Source: Callorhinchus milii
Lineage: Eukaryota
Length of the DNA: 64,000 nt
Reading direction: 5' to 3'
NCBI RefSeq assembly: GCF_018977255.1
Contig: NW_024704742.1
Span: forward strand, 51,276,001-51,340,000
Every line of letters starts with the position of its first letter. Positions within the stretch are counted from its first letter, which is position 1. The notes beneath the pieces are model-generated. The model did no database searches and was not told the origin of the DNA. It worked only from the letters and a program-made list of their open reading frames with translations. The translations under genes and the position numbers were made by a program. Below are positions 62,791 to 64,000 of the stretch, one piece after another.

Positions 62791-64000
62791 CCTCCTTCCC
62801 CCTCTCTCTTGTTCGATGTCTAACGCTGTCATTGTAAAGCACTCCCAAGACATTACCCTCCGTGAAGGAGGTTACATCAATGCAATTTGTAGATGTAAAA
62901 ACGATAATTTCAGTTGCTGGTGAAATAAAATCACATATTACACCTCAGTATTTATTTAGAAATATTCTGCATTACAAATGTCTCAGTAGATCTGTTTATA
63001 ATATCTTGTCAATTAAAACTGAAAGTATCCATTTTTACTCTTCGGAATTTCTCCAGCCAGTTGCAGACATAAAGAATATTCAATCTTCAGACATCTTTAG
63101 AACTATGGAAAAGAAATGAATCATTTAGCATCATTGAAAAGTTCAGAAACCAGATCAATATTCGTTTTCTCCTTCGAGGCCTAGTACTGATTGATTTAGT
63201 GTTGATCTAAGAAGTATTGGATAGTGGTTAGATGAATATTTGTTACCAACACTGAGAATACTTAAGTAAATAACTCAGAAATTTTAATTTGTACACCGTC
63301 TCTGCTATATAAGGAGACGTAGCTCTCTTCAGATACAAACATAATGGCTTAGGGATAATATCTATACCAAGTTGAGCAAACAATTGGGGATTTTGTAAGT
63401 TTTCAAGGAAATGCAGCCTATTTGTCATCATTGACAAATTTGATGTTCTGTAAAGTTTATCTGCTTAATGGTAGACTATCGTAGCAATGTTAGGTTTAAA
63501 TTGAAGCATATCTTTCTTACTTGGGCTCATTTTAAAACCATCCAGAGCAATTGAACAGACAAGAATTATTTTATCCAAAGTCCATTATTTGCCATGTCAA
63601 TCAGTCGTCAACAAAATGACTGATCAACTCATTTGCACTTGATCCTCATCTCTGTTTATGGTACCAACAGAGAAGCTGGTGAAGTTGTGCCTGATCATTC
63701 TGTATCAATCAGAATTCAATACTACCGATGAAGCTATACAAATCACTCTTTCCACCTGCAAAACCCATTCCACGAGCATGTCACCACCTCGAACTGTCCA
63801 TTTCTGTGCAAACCATCAAATTCAGAGCTAACCATCACAGGTGGAACTTGTTGCTCAATGACGAGGTTTGAGGAAATCTGCAACTTGCACAGTACAATCT
63901 TTCACAAACAATTTCATACCAGCAGTGTCAAATTTATGAGGTATCCGTCCTTATTAGATTTTACTCTCATTGCATAATTTTTCACCCAACACACTGCATT

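Noticed and set aside
62862..63119. + strand ORF with ILHYKCL resembling the X motif IHYK
   Set aside because: The - strand gives several motif matches, so this frame is probably an antisense shadow; strand remains uncertain

Overview
Vertebrate genomic DNA, most likely a cartilaginous fish (possibly a chimaera, judged only from the repeat families). It contains a complete + strand OCIAD1 gene (8 core coding exons, 46944-56714, about 253 aa) starting at a CpG-island bidirectional promoter (~46000-47000). The divergent - strand gene is probably FRYL, inferred from synteny; only candidate untranslated exons are visible, so positions 1-46000 would be its 5' introns. The window is dense in L2 and CR1 LINE fragments, tRNA-headed SINEs with L2-like tails and Deu-domain SINEs, and carries a 2.9-kb CA/C-rich array and a 22-bp G-rich VNTR. 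The main unexpected signal is that much of the apparently unique intronic DNA reads as decayed, intronless, tightly packed ORF clusters on both strands (best cases 3.1-4.4, 6.6-8.1, 9.5-12.5, 14.2-14.5, 20.65-21.64 and 32.1-35.7 kb). Their conceptual proteins resemble each other in two small domain types, here called X and Y, usually in X-then-Y order with TAAATG/TAAAATG/ATGA stop-start junctions. I cannot assign them to a known family; they look like many old insertions of an unrecognised virus-like or mobile element. All these alignments were made by eye, one such match proved to be a false positive, and profile searches are needed.
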